A stretch of 64,000 bases of DNA from Parcubacteria bacterium GBS-2 (GTDB lineage: Bacteria > Patescibacteriota > Minisyncoccia > Minisyncoccales > GBS-2), in contig LEKP01000002.1 of the NCBI GenBank assembly GCA_001443025.1, forward strand, positions 28,429 through 92,428, written 5' to 3'. The notes below the pieces were generated by a model. It worked only from the letters and a program-made list of their open reading frames with translations, did not search any database and was not told where the DNA came from. Shown in pieces: positions 18,895 to 28,032 of the stretch (positions are counted from its first letter, which is position 1; every line of letters begins with the position of its first letter). A program made the translations under genes and the position numbers.

Positions 18895-21290
18895 TTTATT
18901 AACTCAGACTCTGAAATTCCCAAAACTTGCAAAATTCTCATTGCTGCAGGTAAAATTTGATGACCAATGTAATAATCCAAATCTATCTTTTCTAATTTTG
19001 CAAATTCTACAGGCTGAGCCCTTTCAGAAATTGAACCCAAACCCTCTTCAATTACAAACATTATTACTTGTCCTTCTCCAACTTCGATTCCTCTTTCTTT
19101 CATTTTTTTGGCAGCTATTACATGGGGTGAAATTAATTTATATTGCTCAATTGGTTTTGTTAATTCCTCATAAATTATCAAATCCTTCAGTGAAACTTTC
19201 CTTTTTCTCAAATCGTTGATTACTTTTCTTACATACTCTTTCGCACCCTCAACATCTTTTTCTTTTAGTACAAATTCCAAAACTTTCCTTTGAATTTCTT
19301 TTGCCAAATTGCACCAATCTCTTCTTACTGTTTCCAATCCTCTAATCAATAAATTTCCTTTTTCATCAACTAAAGCGTATCTCTTTTTTGCAGTTCCGTA
19401 AGTTCCTCTTGGAATAAAAATTCCTCTTTCATAGAATCCTTGAAGTTCCAATTCCAAAATCCCTGGAAATTTTTGATTGATTTTTTTTAAAAATCCTTCA
19501 ACTTCTTTCTCAATTTCTTCTGATTTTTTCAAAAATAAAGAATCAGTATCAGCATAAATTACAGAAAATCCTTCTTTTTCAGCTTCTTTTATTGTTTCCT
19601 TTATCCAATATCTTCCAAATGCTGTACAGCTTTCTGCGCACTCTTTTGAATACCACTTTGAGGCAGGAAAACCAAAATATCCGTAAGTTGCATTAGCAAT
19701 GATTTTTAGAGCATATTGTCTGTTATCTAAAACTTTGTATTCGAAAGAATCTTTTGGAATAGTTTTCAATTTCTTTTTGAGTTCTGTTCTTTTCTGAATT
19801 ATTTCTTTTAAAACTGAAGGAACAAATCCTTCTCTCTTTTTGCAAAACCAATGATTCAATTCTGGAACCTTATGTCCATTGCCTTTACAACACTCACAAT
19901 TTAGAGTTTCTGGAGAAATGTTAAAAGAAACAATTAAGGAAGGATACAAAGATCTAAAATCCAAAACTGAAATTTTTTCGTGAATTCCTAAAACTGGTTC
20001 CTTTACAAACCCTCCAACATAAGTTTTCTTTCTTCTTTCTTGAATTTCTTCATATTTTGGCTGATTTGGAATAATTTCTCCTTTTTCTCCAGCTTTTCTT
20101 GACAAATACCATTCAACCAATTGCCCATAAGTCATTCTTGAAACATCAAAAAGAACTTGGCCTACGGTCCTTGAAATTTCAAAAATCTGTGGTAACAAAA
20201 CTTCACCCAACCTAAAAGTTAATTCTGAATCTTTCAAGCAATATTCTGCCAATTTTTCCAAATTCTTTCCTTTTCTCCAGCTTTCTAACAATTCTTGATA
20301 ATCCATTTCAATTTTTTTATCTCCTAAAATTTCCGTTGCCACTGAATCTAAAGTTAAAACTTCAGTTTGGAGGTTAGGGGAGAGGATGTTTTGGGTAAAG
20401 TTAAAAAGGTCAATGTGAACTATTCCGTTAAATCTTGCTGCTGAAATTTTAGCTCTTCTTGCAAACTTTGTCTCTTTCTTGTCCCTTGAAATTATTAATT
20501 TTATTTTGTTTTTCTCGCATCTTTGATCTAAAATTGGAAAGTCAAAAGAATCTCCATAATAAGTCAAGATGATGTCAGGATTTTCTTTTTGAAAAATTTC
20601 AACAATTCTTTCTAAAATTTTTCTTTCGTTTTCTAAAACCTCAACCCATTCTTTGTAATTTGATTTTTGGGAAGTTAAAACTTTTTTGAAGTTTTTTCCA
20701 AAAAAGGATGCCATTACGATTTCTTTTTCTCCCTTCTTTTCAACAGTTTCAATGTCAAAAGCCAAAATTTTTAATTCTGGAATTGAGATTTCTTCTAAAA
20801 CTTCAATCTTTTGACAATCTATTGCAAAATCGACATTATAATTTGTTTTAATTTCTTTTCCTTCAACATCAACCCAACAACATCCATTAATTCTTTTGTC
20901 GATTAAAAATTTTCTGTAAAAATTAATGGCGTATTCGAATTCATCGATTATTGAACCTTTTCCTCCTCTCTTTTCTTCTAAAACTTTAATGATATCTCTA
21001 ATGTTTTGAGTGTCTGCTGGCCTTTTGCAAACAATCTTTATAAAATCTCTTTCTTTGCCTGCCAATTTCATTTTCACTTTTTCAATTTTTTCAACTTGAA
21101 TTTTCTTTTCTGTTAAAAGTTTTTGAATATCAGAAATTGCTTCAGTTTTATTCTTTGGCAAAACAAAAAAATAGGGCTTTTCTTCAAAAAACAAAATCCC
21201 ATTTTGCCCTTTTTCATTCTTTCCCCAAAGCCTGATTTTCGTTTTCCCTTCCTCAACTATATAATCTGCATCCAAAATAAAGAATCTCAT
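18891..21290 (-). CDS. polB: family B DNA polymerase with intact 3'-5' exonuclease
   Basis: Exo I FDIET, Exo II YYGDSFDFP, Exo III YCLKDS; Pol motif A DFRSLYPSLI, motif B KIIANATYGYFG, motif C YADTDS; 799 aa. Confidence 0.92.
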   Translation of the reverse strand: MRFFILDADYIVEEGKTKIRLWGKNEKGQNGILFFEEKPYFFVLPKNKTEAISDIQKLLTEKKIQVEKIEKVKMKLAGKERDFIKIVCKRPADTQNIRDIIKVLEEKRGGKGSIIDEFEYAINFYRKFLIDKRINGCCWVDVEGKEIKTNYNVDFAIDCQKIEVLEEISIPELKILAFDIETVEKKGEKEIVMASFFGKNFKKVLTSQKSNYKEWVEVLENERKILERIVEIFQKENPDIILTYYGDSFDFPILDQRCEKNKIKLIISRDKKETKFARRAKISAARFNGIVHIDLFNFTQNILSPNLQTEVLTLDSVATEILGDKKIEMDYQELLESWRKGKNLEKLAEYCLKDSELTFRLGEVLLPQIFEISRTVGQVLFDVSRMTYGQLVEWYLSRKAGEKGEIIPNQPKYEEIQERRKKTYVGGFVKEPVLGIHEKISVLDFRSLYPSLIVSFNISPETLNCECCKGNGHKVPELNHWFCKKREGFVPSVLKEIIQKRTELKKKLKTIPKDSFEYKVLDNRQYALKIIANATYGYFGFPASKWYSKECAESCTAFGRYWIKETIKEAEKEGFSVIYADTDSLFLKKSEEIEKEVEGFLKKINQKFPGILELELQGFYERGIFIPRGTYGTAKKRYALVDEKGNLLIRGLETVRRDWCNLAKEIQRKVLEFVLKEKDVEGAKEYVRKVINDLRKRKVSLKDLIIYEELTKPIEQYKLISPHVIAAKKMKERGIEVGEGQVIMFVIEEGLGSISERAQPVEFAKLEKIDLDYYIGHQILPAAMRILQVLGISESELIK

Positions 21291-22015
21291 AATTTTTTGA
21301 GCTCTAAATCTCTTGCAGTTTTTATTTCTTTTGAGAAATTAGCGATCACAATTATTCTTTCTTTAGAATAAGCAGAAGAAGTAAATATAGTTAAACAGCG
21401 ATCATCGTACATCAATAAAGGAGCATTTGGATCATGGGAACGAATTAATATTTTTTTGTTTAGTTTTTCCATTATTTTTAAAAAATAATCTTTCCCAAAT
21501 TGAGGCCTACCAGTAAAAGGATCAATTCCAAAATTTTCTCCAGCTTCATCTATAAAATCTCCCCAACAAATTCTGAACCAATTTTCGTCACCAATTTTGA
21601 TTTTTTCAAAATCCTCCAATTTTTCAATTTCAGGTAAAGCACCATGAAGAGCGATAATGTTTTTTACAACAACTGCCAAAGGAAATTTTTCAACAAGTTG
21701 TGCATATTTTTGATATTCTTCATTTGTTAAGCTTTCCCAAAATTCAGCAGGAGAGAATTTTAAAATTCTATGTCCTTCATGATTCCCTTGTAAAAGAAAA
21801 ATCTGCTCTGGATATTTTTCTTTTTGTTCTAATAAAAAATCAAGATTTTCTTTTGAAAAAGGCCCTCTGTCAACATAATCTCCTAAAAAAACAATTTTGT
21901 TTCCTTCTTTTAGATAATTTCTAATAATTTTTTGTGATGCTTCTAAATCTCCGTGAGTATCTCCTACAAAAATTACTTTTTTTGCAGTTTTGATTTCAAT
22001 CAAATTTGGCATCAA
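21287..22015 (-). CDS. PPP-family (calcineurin-like) metallophosphoesterase
   Basis: GDTHGD, GDYVDRG, GNHE signature triad; 4-nt overlap with the polB start. Confidence 0.8.
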   Translation of the reverse strand: MMPNLIEIKTAKKVIFVGDTHGDLEASQKIIRNYLKEGNKIVFLGDYVDRGPFSKENLDFLLEQKEKYPEQIFLLQGNHEGHRILKFSPAEFWESLTNEEYQKYAQLVEKFPLAVVVKNIIALHGALPEIEKLEDFEKIKIGDENWFRICWGDFIDEAGENFGIDPFTGRPQFGKDYFLKIMEKLNKKILIRSHDPNAPLLMYDDRCLTIFTSSAYSKERIIVIANFSKEIKTARDLELKKL

Positions 22016-23367
22016 AGAACCGGTAAGTACTCTTTAATTTCATATGGACTAACTTCTTTTTGGTATTTTTTTCCTACTGACTTTTTGTACTTTTGCCATT
22101 CAATTTCTTTATTCTGAATTAATTTTTGAAAAATGTGATCTCCTAGAGTCTCTTTCATTAATTTGCTTTTCTTGAAAATTTCTAGGGCTTCTTTCAAATT
22201 TTTAGTCAGAGTTGCAATTTTTAATTTTTTCATTTCTTCTTTCGTCATTTTATAAATATTTCTCTCTTGTGGCGGGATCAACTTTAAGTTTTCTTTTATC
22301 CCTTGGACTCCAGCTGCCTGAATTGCTGCAAAAGCTAAATAAATGTTGCAGGCAGGATCTGGACTTCTTATTTCGATCCTTGTTGATCTTTCTTTTCCCT
22401 TTGGAACTTCTGGTACTCTAATGTAGGCTGATCTGTTTCTTGTTCCCCAAGCAAGGTAGACTGGTGCTTCAAAACCAGGAACCAATCTCTTATAAGAATT
22501 TACCCATTGATTCAAGACCAATTGAATCTCTCTTCCATACTTTATTAACCCCATCATGTATTTTTTTGCTATTTCAGAAAGTCCTCCTTTTTCAAAAAAC
22601 AGATTTTTTCCATTTTTCCACAAACTCAAATGCAAATGCATTCCAGTTCCAATCATTCCAGTAATTGGCTTTGGCATGAAGGAAACGTAAACTCCAGCAT
22701 TCCTTGCTACTCTTTTTAAAACGTATTTCGCAATCATTACTGAATCTGCAATAGAAAGGGCATTGTTAAATTTTAAATCAATCTCATGTTGGCTCGGTCC
22801 AACTTCATGATGGTCACAGTCTATTTCAATTCCCATTTGAGCCAAATAAATCTGTGCTAATTTTCTAATTTCACCCCATTTCCCTCCATGAAAATATCCT
22901 CCGTAGTCTAAAAGCTCTGGAGTTTTTTCATCTTTGAAAATATAAAACTCTAGCTCAGGTCCCACAAAGAGCTCCCCGTATTCTTTAGTTTTCTCTAAAA
23001 CTTTCTCTAAAATTCTCCTGGAATCGCCTGGAAATTCATTTCCTTTTGAATCAAAAATTTTTCCAAAAACTATCGCTTCTTTCCAAGAAACTCCCTCTAA
23101 TTGATAGTCCCATGGCAAAATTCTAAAGGTTTTTGGATCTAGGAAAAAATAAAGGTCAGATTCTTCGATCCTGGCAAATCCTTCGACTGAACTTCCATCA
23201 AATCCTTTTCCATTTTTGAAAGCAGATTCTAATTCTTCAGAGGGAATACAAAAGCTCATTTCTCTCCCCAAAACATCAGGAAAAATCATCCTCACAAATT
23301 TGACTTCTTTTCTTTCTTTTAAAACTTCGAGTACTTCTTTTTCATCTTTGAAACCAAAATTCTTCAT
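22012..23367 (-). CDS. glnA: glutamine synthetase type I
   Basis: GS beta-grasp and catalytic motifs (GFDGSSVEGF, ...GMHLHLSLW..., NPY/ADP-ribosylation-region-like tail); true start taken at internal Met (MKNFGFKDEK) overlapping the upstream RR stop (ATGA). Confidence 0.85.
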   Translation of the reverse strand: MKNFGFKDEKEVLEVLKERKEVKFVRMIFPDVLGREMSFCIPSEELESAFKNGKGFDGSSVEGFARIEESDLYFFLDPKTFRILPWDYQLEGVSWKEAIVFGKIFDSKGNEFPGDSRRILEKVLEKTKEYGELFVGPELEFYIFKDEKTPELLDYGGYFHGGKWGEIRKLAQIYLAQMGIEIDCDHHEVGPSQHEIDLKFNNALSIADSVMIAKYVLKRVARNAGVYVSFMPKPITGMIGTGMHLHLSLWKNGKNLFFEKGGLSEIAKKYMMGLIKYGREIQLVLNQWVNSYKRLVPGFEAPVYLAWGTRNRSAYIRVPEVPKGKERSTRIEIRSPDPACNIYLAFAAIQAAGVQGIKENLKLIPPQERNIYKMTKEEMKKLKIATLTKNLKEALEIFKKSKLMKETLGDHIFQKLIQNKEIEWQKYKKSVGKKYQKEVSPYEIKEYLPVL

Positions 23368-23741
23368 TTTAATAATTTTTCGATTTCCCTTACCACTTCG
23401 CTTGGAGTAAAATTTGCTTTGATCAAATAGGAAGTGACACCCAAAGAAAGAGCTTTTTTGACATCTTCCTTTTCTCCCAAATTTGACCAAACGATAATTT
23501 TCATTTTCTCAAGATCTTTTTTCTCTTCTTTCATTTTTTTTATTTCCTCTAAAATTTTCCACCCATCAATCCTTGGCAAAACAATATCTAAAAGCATCGA
23601 ATCAAACACTTTTTCTTTTAACAATTCAAGCGCTTTTTCCCCATTTTCTGCCACCTCAACTTCAAAACCAGAATTTTCTAATTTTGTCTGATAAATATCT
23701 ATTAAAAACGGGTCGTCTTCAACTAAAAGAATTTTTTTCAT
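23364..23741 (-). CDS. receiver-only response regulator (CheY-like), paralog 1
   Basis: ILLVEDD, D...LLDIVLP (phospho-Asp), conserved K; no output domain; 125 aa. Confidence 0.85.
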   Translation of the reverse strand: MKKILLVEDDPFLIDIYQTKLENSGFEVEVAENGEKALELLKEKVFDSMLLDIVLPRIDGWKILEEIKKMKEEKKDLEKMKIIVWSNLGEKEDVKKALSLGVTSYLIKANFTPSEVVREIEKLLK

Positions 23742-23742
23742 G

Positions 23743-24759
23743 TTATTTTAAAATTAAATTCAAATCCTCCCCACATTTTGGACATTTGCCATTTTTGTCA
23801 TAGCGATGGACAAAATAATTTACCCTATTTATCGCTAACGTTCCGCATTTTGGACAATAAGTATTTTCTGCTTTATGTCCTGGAATGTTTCCAATATAAA
23901 CATATTTTAAGCCAACTTTTCTTCCAATTTCGATTGCTTTCTCTAAAGTTTCAACAGGAGTATCTGGTATATGTTGCAATCTCCAAGAAATTGACCCACA
24001 AAATTGAGAAACGTGCCAAGGGGTTTCAGGTCCTAAATTTTCATAAATCCATTTTGCAATTTTTTCAAAAGTTTCCTCGTTATCATTTAAAGTTGGAATG
24101 ACCAGGGTTGTAATTTCCACCCAAACTCCTGATTTTTTCATCAATTTTGCAGTATTTAAAACTGGATCGAGCTTTCCGCCACAAATTTTTTGATAAAACT
24201 CATTCGAAAATCCTTTAATGTCAATGTTGTTCGCATCCAAGTAGGGAATTACCAATTTGGCAGATTCTTCTGACATGAAACCATTGGAAACAAAATTGTT
24301 TTTCAATCCTGCATTTTTTGCCAATTTCATTGTATCTAAGGCGTATTCTAAAAATATCGTTGGCTCTGTGTAAGTGTAAGAAATGCTTTCAACTTTATTT
24401 TCAATTGCCAATTCAACAATTCTTTCTGGCAAAACTATTTCACCTGGAATCTCTTTTGCTCCTTTGAAAGCTTGTGAAATTTCCCAATTTTGACAGTTCA
24501 AACAAGAAAAATTGCAACCTACAGTGGCAATTGAAAGAGAATGACTCCCCGGTAAAAAATGATAAAATGGTTTTTTTTCAATCGGGTCAATGTTTATTGC
24601 AATCGCTTTTCCATAATTTAAAGCATAAAGTTTTCCATCAATATTTTCTCTCACTCCGCATTTTCCTCTTTGAGTTGGAGCTAAAGTACAATAGTGAGAG
24701 CAAGTTCGGCACTGTACGTTTTTATTGGAAAGTTTTCTGTAAAGGTAAGCCTCTTTCAC
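23743..24759 (-). CDS. AmmeMemoRadiSam-system radical SAM enzyme
   Basis: CRTCSHYC N-terminal cluster, GCNFSCLNCQNW radical-SAM cluster, C-terminal CPKCG...CPKCG zinc ribbon; family partner of the AMMECR1 gene. Confidence 0.8.
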   Translation of the reverse strand: MKEAYLYRKLSNKNVQCRTCSHYCTLAPTQRGKCGVRENIDGKLYALNYGKAIAINIDPIEKKPFYHFLPGSHSLSIATVGCNFSCLNCQNWEISQAFKGAKEIPGEIVLPERIVELAIENKVESISYTYTEPTIFLEYALDTMKLAKNAGLKNNFVSNGFMSEESAKLVIPYLDANNIDIKGFSNEFYQKICGGKLDPVLNTAKLMKKSGVWVEITTLVIPTLNDNEETFEKIAKWIYENLGPETPWHVSQFCGSISWRLQHIPDTPVETLEKAIEIGRKVGLKYVYIGNIPGHKAENTYCPKCGTLAINRVNYFVHRYDKNGKCPKCGEDLNLILK

Positions 24760-24797
24760 ACTTTTATTTTAACTTATTTTTTGATAAACTCAAAAAA

Positions 24798-25373
24798 ATG
24801 CGAAGAAGAATTTTCATTGCCATAAATTTACCAGAAAAAATTAAGGAAGAATTGGTGTCTTTTCGAGAAAAATATTCAGAATTGCCAGCTCGATGGGTAA
24901 AACCTGAAAATTTGCATATTACCTTAGCTTTTTTAGGATACGTGAAAGATGAGGATATTCCAAAAATTATTGAAATTACAAAAAATGTCGCCTCAAAACA
25001 TAATCCCTTTTCAATAAAAATTGTCAAAATCACTTATGGTCCGCCGAAAGTTTCTCCTCCCAGGATGATCTGGGCGATTGGGGAAAAAAATGAAAGCTTG
25101 TGGAAGTTACAAGAAAATTTGAAAAATGCTTTAATGGAAATGAAAATTCCTCAATTGGAAGAAGAAGAGGGAAGAGGATTTATTCCTCATATTACCTTAG
25201 CCAGAATTAGAAAATTGGAATTCAGACAAATGGAACCTGAAGAAAGGCCAGAAATTGATGAAGATGTAAATTTTTCTTTTGAAGTAAAAAGTATTGAAAT
25301 AATGGAAAGCCATCTAAAAAGAGGAGGAGCAGAATATACTCTATTAGAAAGTTTTCCTTTGGCAAAATCATGA
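24798..25373 (+). CDS. thpR: RNA 2',3'-cyclic phosphodiesterase (2H family, LigT/ThpR)
   Basis: Two H-x-T/S-x motifs: HITLAFLG and HITLARI; start placed at MRRRIFIAIN (the ORF-track N-extension is antisense to the radical SAM gene). Confidence 0.85.
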   Translation: MRRRIFIAINLPEKIKEELVSFREKYSELPARWVKPENLHITLAFLGYVKDEDIPKIIEITKNVASKHNPFSIKIVKITYGPPKVSPPRMIWAIGEKNESLWKLQENLKNALMEMKIPQLEEEEGRGFIPHITLARIRKLEFRQMEPEERPEIDEDVNFSFEVKSIEIMESHLKRGGAEYTLLESFPLAKS

Positions 25374-26680
25374 AAATTCATTTTATTGGTATTGGGGGAA
25401 TTGGTGTTTCGGCACTGGCTAGATATTATTTGACTCAAGGACATAAAGTTTCAGGTTCTGATTTAACCTCTTCTGAAATTACAAAGGCTCTTGAAAAATT
25501 AGGAGCCAAAATTTTTATTGGAAAGCATAGAGCGAAAAATCTATCAAAAGACGTTAATTTGGTAGTTTATAGCCCAGCGATTCTTGAATACAATCCTGAA
25601 TTAAAAAAAGCAAGAAAACTCAAAATTAAGTGCCAAAGTTACCCCCAAGCTCTTGGAGAATTAACAAAAACTCATTTTACCATTGCAGTTTGCGGATCCC
25701 ATGGAAAATCAACGGTTGCTGGAATGATTGGACTAATTTTAACTAAAGCAAAGTTTGATCCAACAGTAATCTTGGGAACAAAATTGAGAGAGTTTGGAGA
25801 TTCAAACTGTAGAGTAGGAAAGTCGGAATATTTAGTTATCGAAGCTGACGAATACAAAGAATCTTTTTTAAATTACTGGCCAAAAATCATCGTTTTACTA
25901 AACATTGATTATGATCACCCAGATTATTTTAAAAATTTAGACCATTACATTTTAGCTTACAAAAAATTTGTTTCTCATTTACCAAAAGATGGATTTTTAA
26001 TAGCAAACAGAGATGATAAAAATACTTTTTCAACTTTCAAAAAGAAAAAGGCAATTTGGTATTCATTAAAAGAAAAAGAGTGTAAAAAATTAAAAAAAAT
26101 TTTAAAAGTTCCAGGAGAGTTTAATGTCTCAAACGCAGTAGCTGCTTTAAAAGTTACTCGAATTTTAAAAATTCCAGATAAAATTTCTTTCAGAGCTCTC
26201 TCTCAATATAAAGGCTCTTGGCGCCGTTTTGATGAAAAAATTGTCCGTATACCAAATATGAAATACCCAATACGAATCATCAATGATTATGGCCACCATC
26301 CAACACAAGTCAAAGTCACTTTAGAGGCAGCCAGACAAAAATACAAAAACAAAAAGATCTGGTGTATTTTCCAACCCCATCAATATCAAAGAACTTATTA
26401 TCTTTTTGATGAGTTTGTAAAAGTTTTTAAGAGCCACTCAATCGATAAAGTAATTATCACTGACATTTATACAGTTTCTGGAAGAGAAAGCAAAGAAATA
26501 ATGAAAAAAGTGAATGCTCCAAAATTGGTAAAAGCAGTGAACAAAGAAAATGTGAAATATCTTCCAAAAGAAAAAATCATTCCTTATTTGAAGAAAAAAT
26601 TAAAGGGAGGCGAAATAGTAATAATAATGGGGGCAGGTGACATTTATAATTTGAGCTTGAAATTTAAAAATACTCAATAA
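25370..26680 (+). CDS. murC: UDP-N-acetylmuramate--L-alanine ligase
   Basis: MKIHFIGIGGIGVSALA Rossmann start, GSHGKSTV P-loop, Mur ligase middle/C domains. Confidence 0.9.
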   Translation: MKIHFIGIGGIGVSALARYYLTQGHKVSGSDLTSSEITKALEKLGAKIFIGKHRAKNLSKDVNLVVYSPAILEYNPELKKARKLKIKCQSYPQALGELTKTHFTIAVCGSHGKSTVAGMIGLILTKAKFDPTVILGTKLREFGDSNCRVGKSEYLVIEADEYKESFLNYWPKIIVLLNIDYDHPDYFKNLDHYILAYKKFVSHLPKDGFLIANRDDKNTFSTFKKKKAIWYSLKEKECKKLKKILKVPGEFNVSNAVAALKVTRILKIPDKISFRALSQYKGSWRRFDEKIVRIPNMKYPIRIINDYGHHPTQVKVTLEAARQKYKNKKIWCIFQPHQYQRTYYLFDEFVKVFKSHSIDKVIITDIYTVSGRESKEIMKKVNAPKLVKAVNKENVKYLPKEKIIPYLKKKLKGGEIVIIMGAGDIYNLSLKFKNTQ

Positions 26681-26728
26681 AAAAAATTTTTATCAGCTTT
26701 TCTCAAGGAATTCAGCTCCTTAATCGTA

Positions 26729-26787
26729 CTCATTCCAATGTTCTTAAGAACAGTGGAATAACAGAGAATGTTTTTGAAAATTGTCAA
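26729..26787. repeat. intergenic hairpin repeat family, copy 2
   Basis: ctcATTCCAATGTTCTTAAGAACAGTGGAATaacagagaatgtttttgaaaattgtcaa; 28-bp near-perfect palindrome; about 85% identical to the copy at 32838. Confidence 0.6.
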
Positions 26788-26800
26788 ATAATGGACTAAT

Positions 26801-26844
26801 AATTTCACAATTCACAATTGTGAAATTGTGAAAAACTGAAATTG
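26801..26844. promoter_or_regulatory. nested palindrome TTTCACAATTCACAATTGTGAAATTGTGAAA (hairpin/bidirectional terminator or operator)
   Basis: Lies in the convergent murC/trmB intergenic region; the TTCACA-N2-TGTGAA core recurs at 6990-7003 and 32805-32820. Confidence 0.4.
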
Positions 26845-26866
26845 TTAAGTTTCTTTGAGGTTCTCA

Positions 26867-27481
26867 TTAGAACAATAAAATAATTTTTGATGATTTTGAG
26901 GGAAAAAAGGCAATTTTATCAAAAATAATCAAGCTTCCACTTAAACCTGGAATGTTTGTTTTCTTTACTTTTATTTGCCCCAATCTTTTTTTGATTGATT
27001 GGTAAATTTTTTTCCTCTCTCTTTGGCCAATAGGATTTAACTCTGGATTGACGATCAAAATTTCGGGGGTGGAGGAGAGAGAAAGAATTTCGATGAATGC
27101 CTTTTTTCCTTCTTTTCCTTGAAAAATTCTAATCCCTTCTTTTTCTCTCGAATACTTTGCTTCCAAAATCGAAACAATTCTGGTAAATTCTCTTTCCTTT
27201 TCTTCGATTTCTCTCTTTTTGATTCTTAAAAATCTCAAAATTTGGCTTGGGGATTGAGCGACAAAAAGTCTCTTTTTTCCTCTTTTCGTTTCAACAAATA
27301 ATCCCTTTTCTTCTAATTTTTTTACAATCTCATAAACAGTCGGTCTTGGAATTTTCACTTTTTCTGCAATATTTTTTATTGGACTTGGCCCTAATTCCAA
27401 ACCCGCCAAATAAACTTTGACCTCCTTTTCTTTCAAGCCCAATTTTTTCAATTCCAACTCAATTGGTAATTCAAGAACCAT
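26867..27481 (-). CDS. TrmB-family transcriptional regulator
   Basis: N-terminal wHTH: LGLKEKEVKVYLAGLELGPSPIKNIAEKVKIPRPTVYEIVKKLEEKGLF. Confidence 0.7.
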   Translation of the reverse strand: MVLELPIELELKKLGLKEKEVKVYLAGLELGPSPIKNIAEKVKIPRPTVYEIVKKLEEKGLFVETKRGKKRLFVAQSPSQILRFLRIKKREIEEKEREFTRIVSILEAKYSREKEGIRIFQGKEGKKAFIEILSLSSTPEILIVNPELNPIGQRERKKIYQSIKKRLGQIKVKKTNIPGLSGSLIIFDKIAFFPSKSSKIILLF

Positions 27482-27524
27482 ATTGCAATTTTATTTTAGT
27501 TTACTAAAAAACTAAGGTCAACAC

Positions 27525-27571
27525 AAAAAATGTCAAAAAAACTTGACAAAATTCTTTGACCCAATAAGATG
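27525..27571 (+). promoter_or_regulatory. promoter cassette (TTGACA-16-TAAGAT), copy 1
   Basis: aaaaaatgtcaaaaaaaCTTGACAaaattctttgacccaaTAAGAT ends 8 nt before the RR start codon, implying a (near-)leaderless transcript. Confidence 0.4.
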
Positions 27572-27579
27572 AAATTGAA

Positions 27580-27942
27580 ATGCCAAAAATTTTAATAATT
27601 GAAGATGAAAAGGTTTTAGCCCAAATGTACAAAGAAAAATTTGAAAAAGAAGGGTTTGAAGTTTATTTAGCCTTTACTTCAAATGAGGGACTAGATTTGG
27701 CGAAAAAAGAAAAACCAGACTTGATTTTATTGGACATTCTATTACCGGGAAAAGATGGAATTTCTTTTCTTAAATGGCTCAAAAATGAACTTCAAATTTC
27801 ATCAATTCCAGTAGTTGTCCTTTCAAATTACGATGACCCAAAAACAAAAAAAGAGGCATTTGAATTAGGAGTGAAAGAATATTTATTGAAAACCGATTAT
27901 ACTCCACAACAACTAGTAGAAAAAATAAGAAAATATCTCTAA
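27580..27942 (+). CDS. receiver-only response regulator, paralog 2
   Basis: MPKILIIEDEKVLAQMYKEKFEKEGFEV...DLILLDILLP...EYLLKTDYTPQQL; 120 aa. Confidence 0.85.
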   Translation: MPKILIIEDEKVLAQMYKEKFEKEGFEVYLAFTSNEGLDLAKKEKPDLILLDILLPGKDGISFLKWLKNELQISSIPVVVLSNYDDPKTKKEAFELGVKEYLLKTDYTPQQLVEKIRKYL

Positions 27943-27948
27943 TTTTTT

Positions 27949-27995
27949 CGAAAAATGTCAAAAAATCTTGACAAATTTTTTTGATTTGCTAAATA
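27949..27995 (+). promoter_or_regulatory. promoter cassette (TTGACA-16-TAAATA), copy 2
   Basis: cgaaaaatgtcaaaaaatCTTGACAaatttttttgatttgcTAAATA; same cassette as 27525; followed by the strong SD AAGGAGGTG and a TTG start at 28033. Confidence 0.4.
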
Positions 27996-28032
27996 AAAAT
28001 ATGTACCTTAAAAAAAAGGAGGTGATGGGAGA

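Noticed and set aside
22012-23490. Long N-terminal extension of glnA (MVKFGRKGRCQKSSFFGCHF...)
   Set aside because: The extension is read through the 3' end of the upstream response-regulator gene in another frame; the conserved GS N-terminus begins at the internal Met (23367), forming an ATGA start/stop overlap
24474-24797. N-terminal 108 aa of the ORF-track thpR call
   Set aside because: Antisense to the AmmeMemoRadiSam radical SAM gene; the 2H phosphoesterase fold starts at MRRRIFIAIN (24798)
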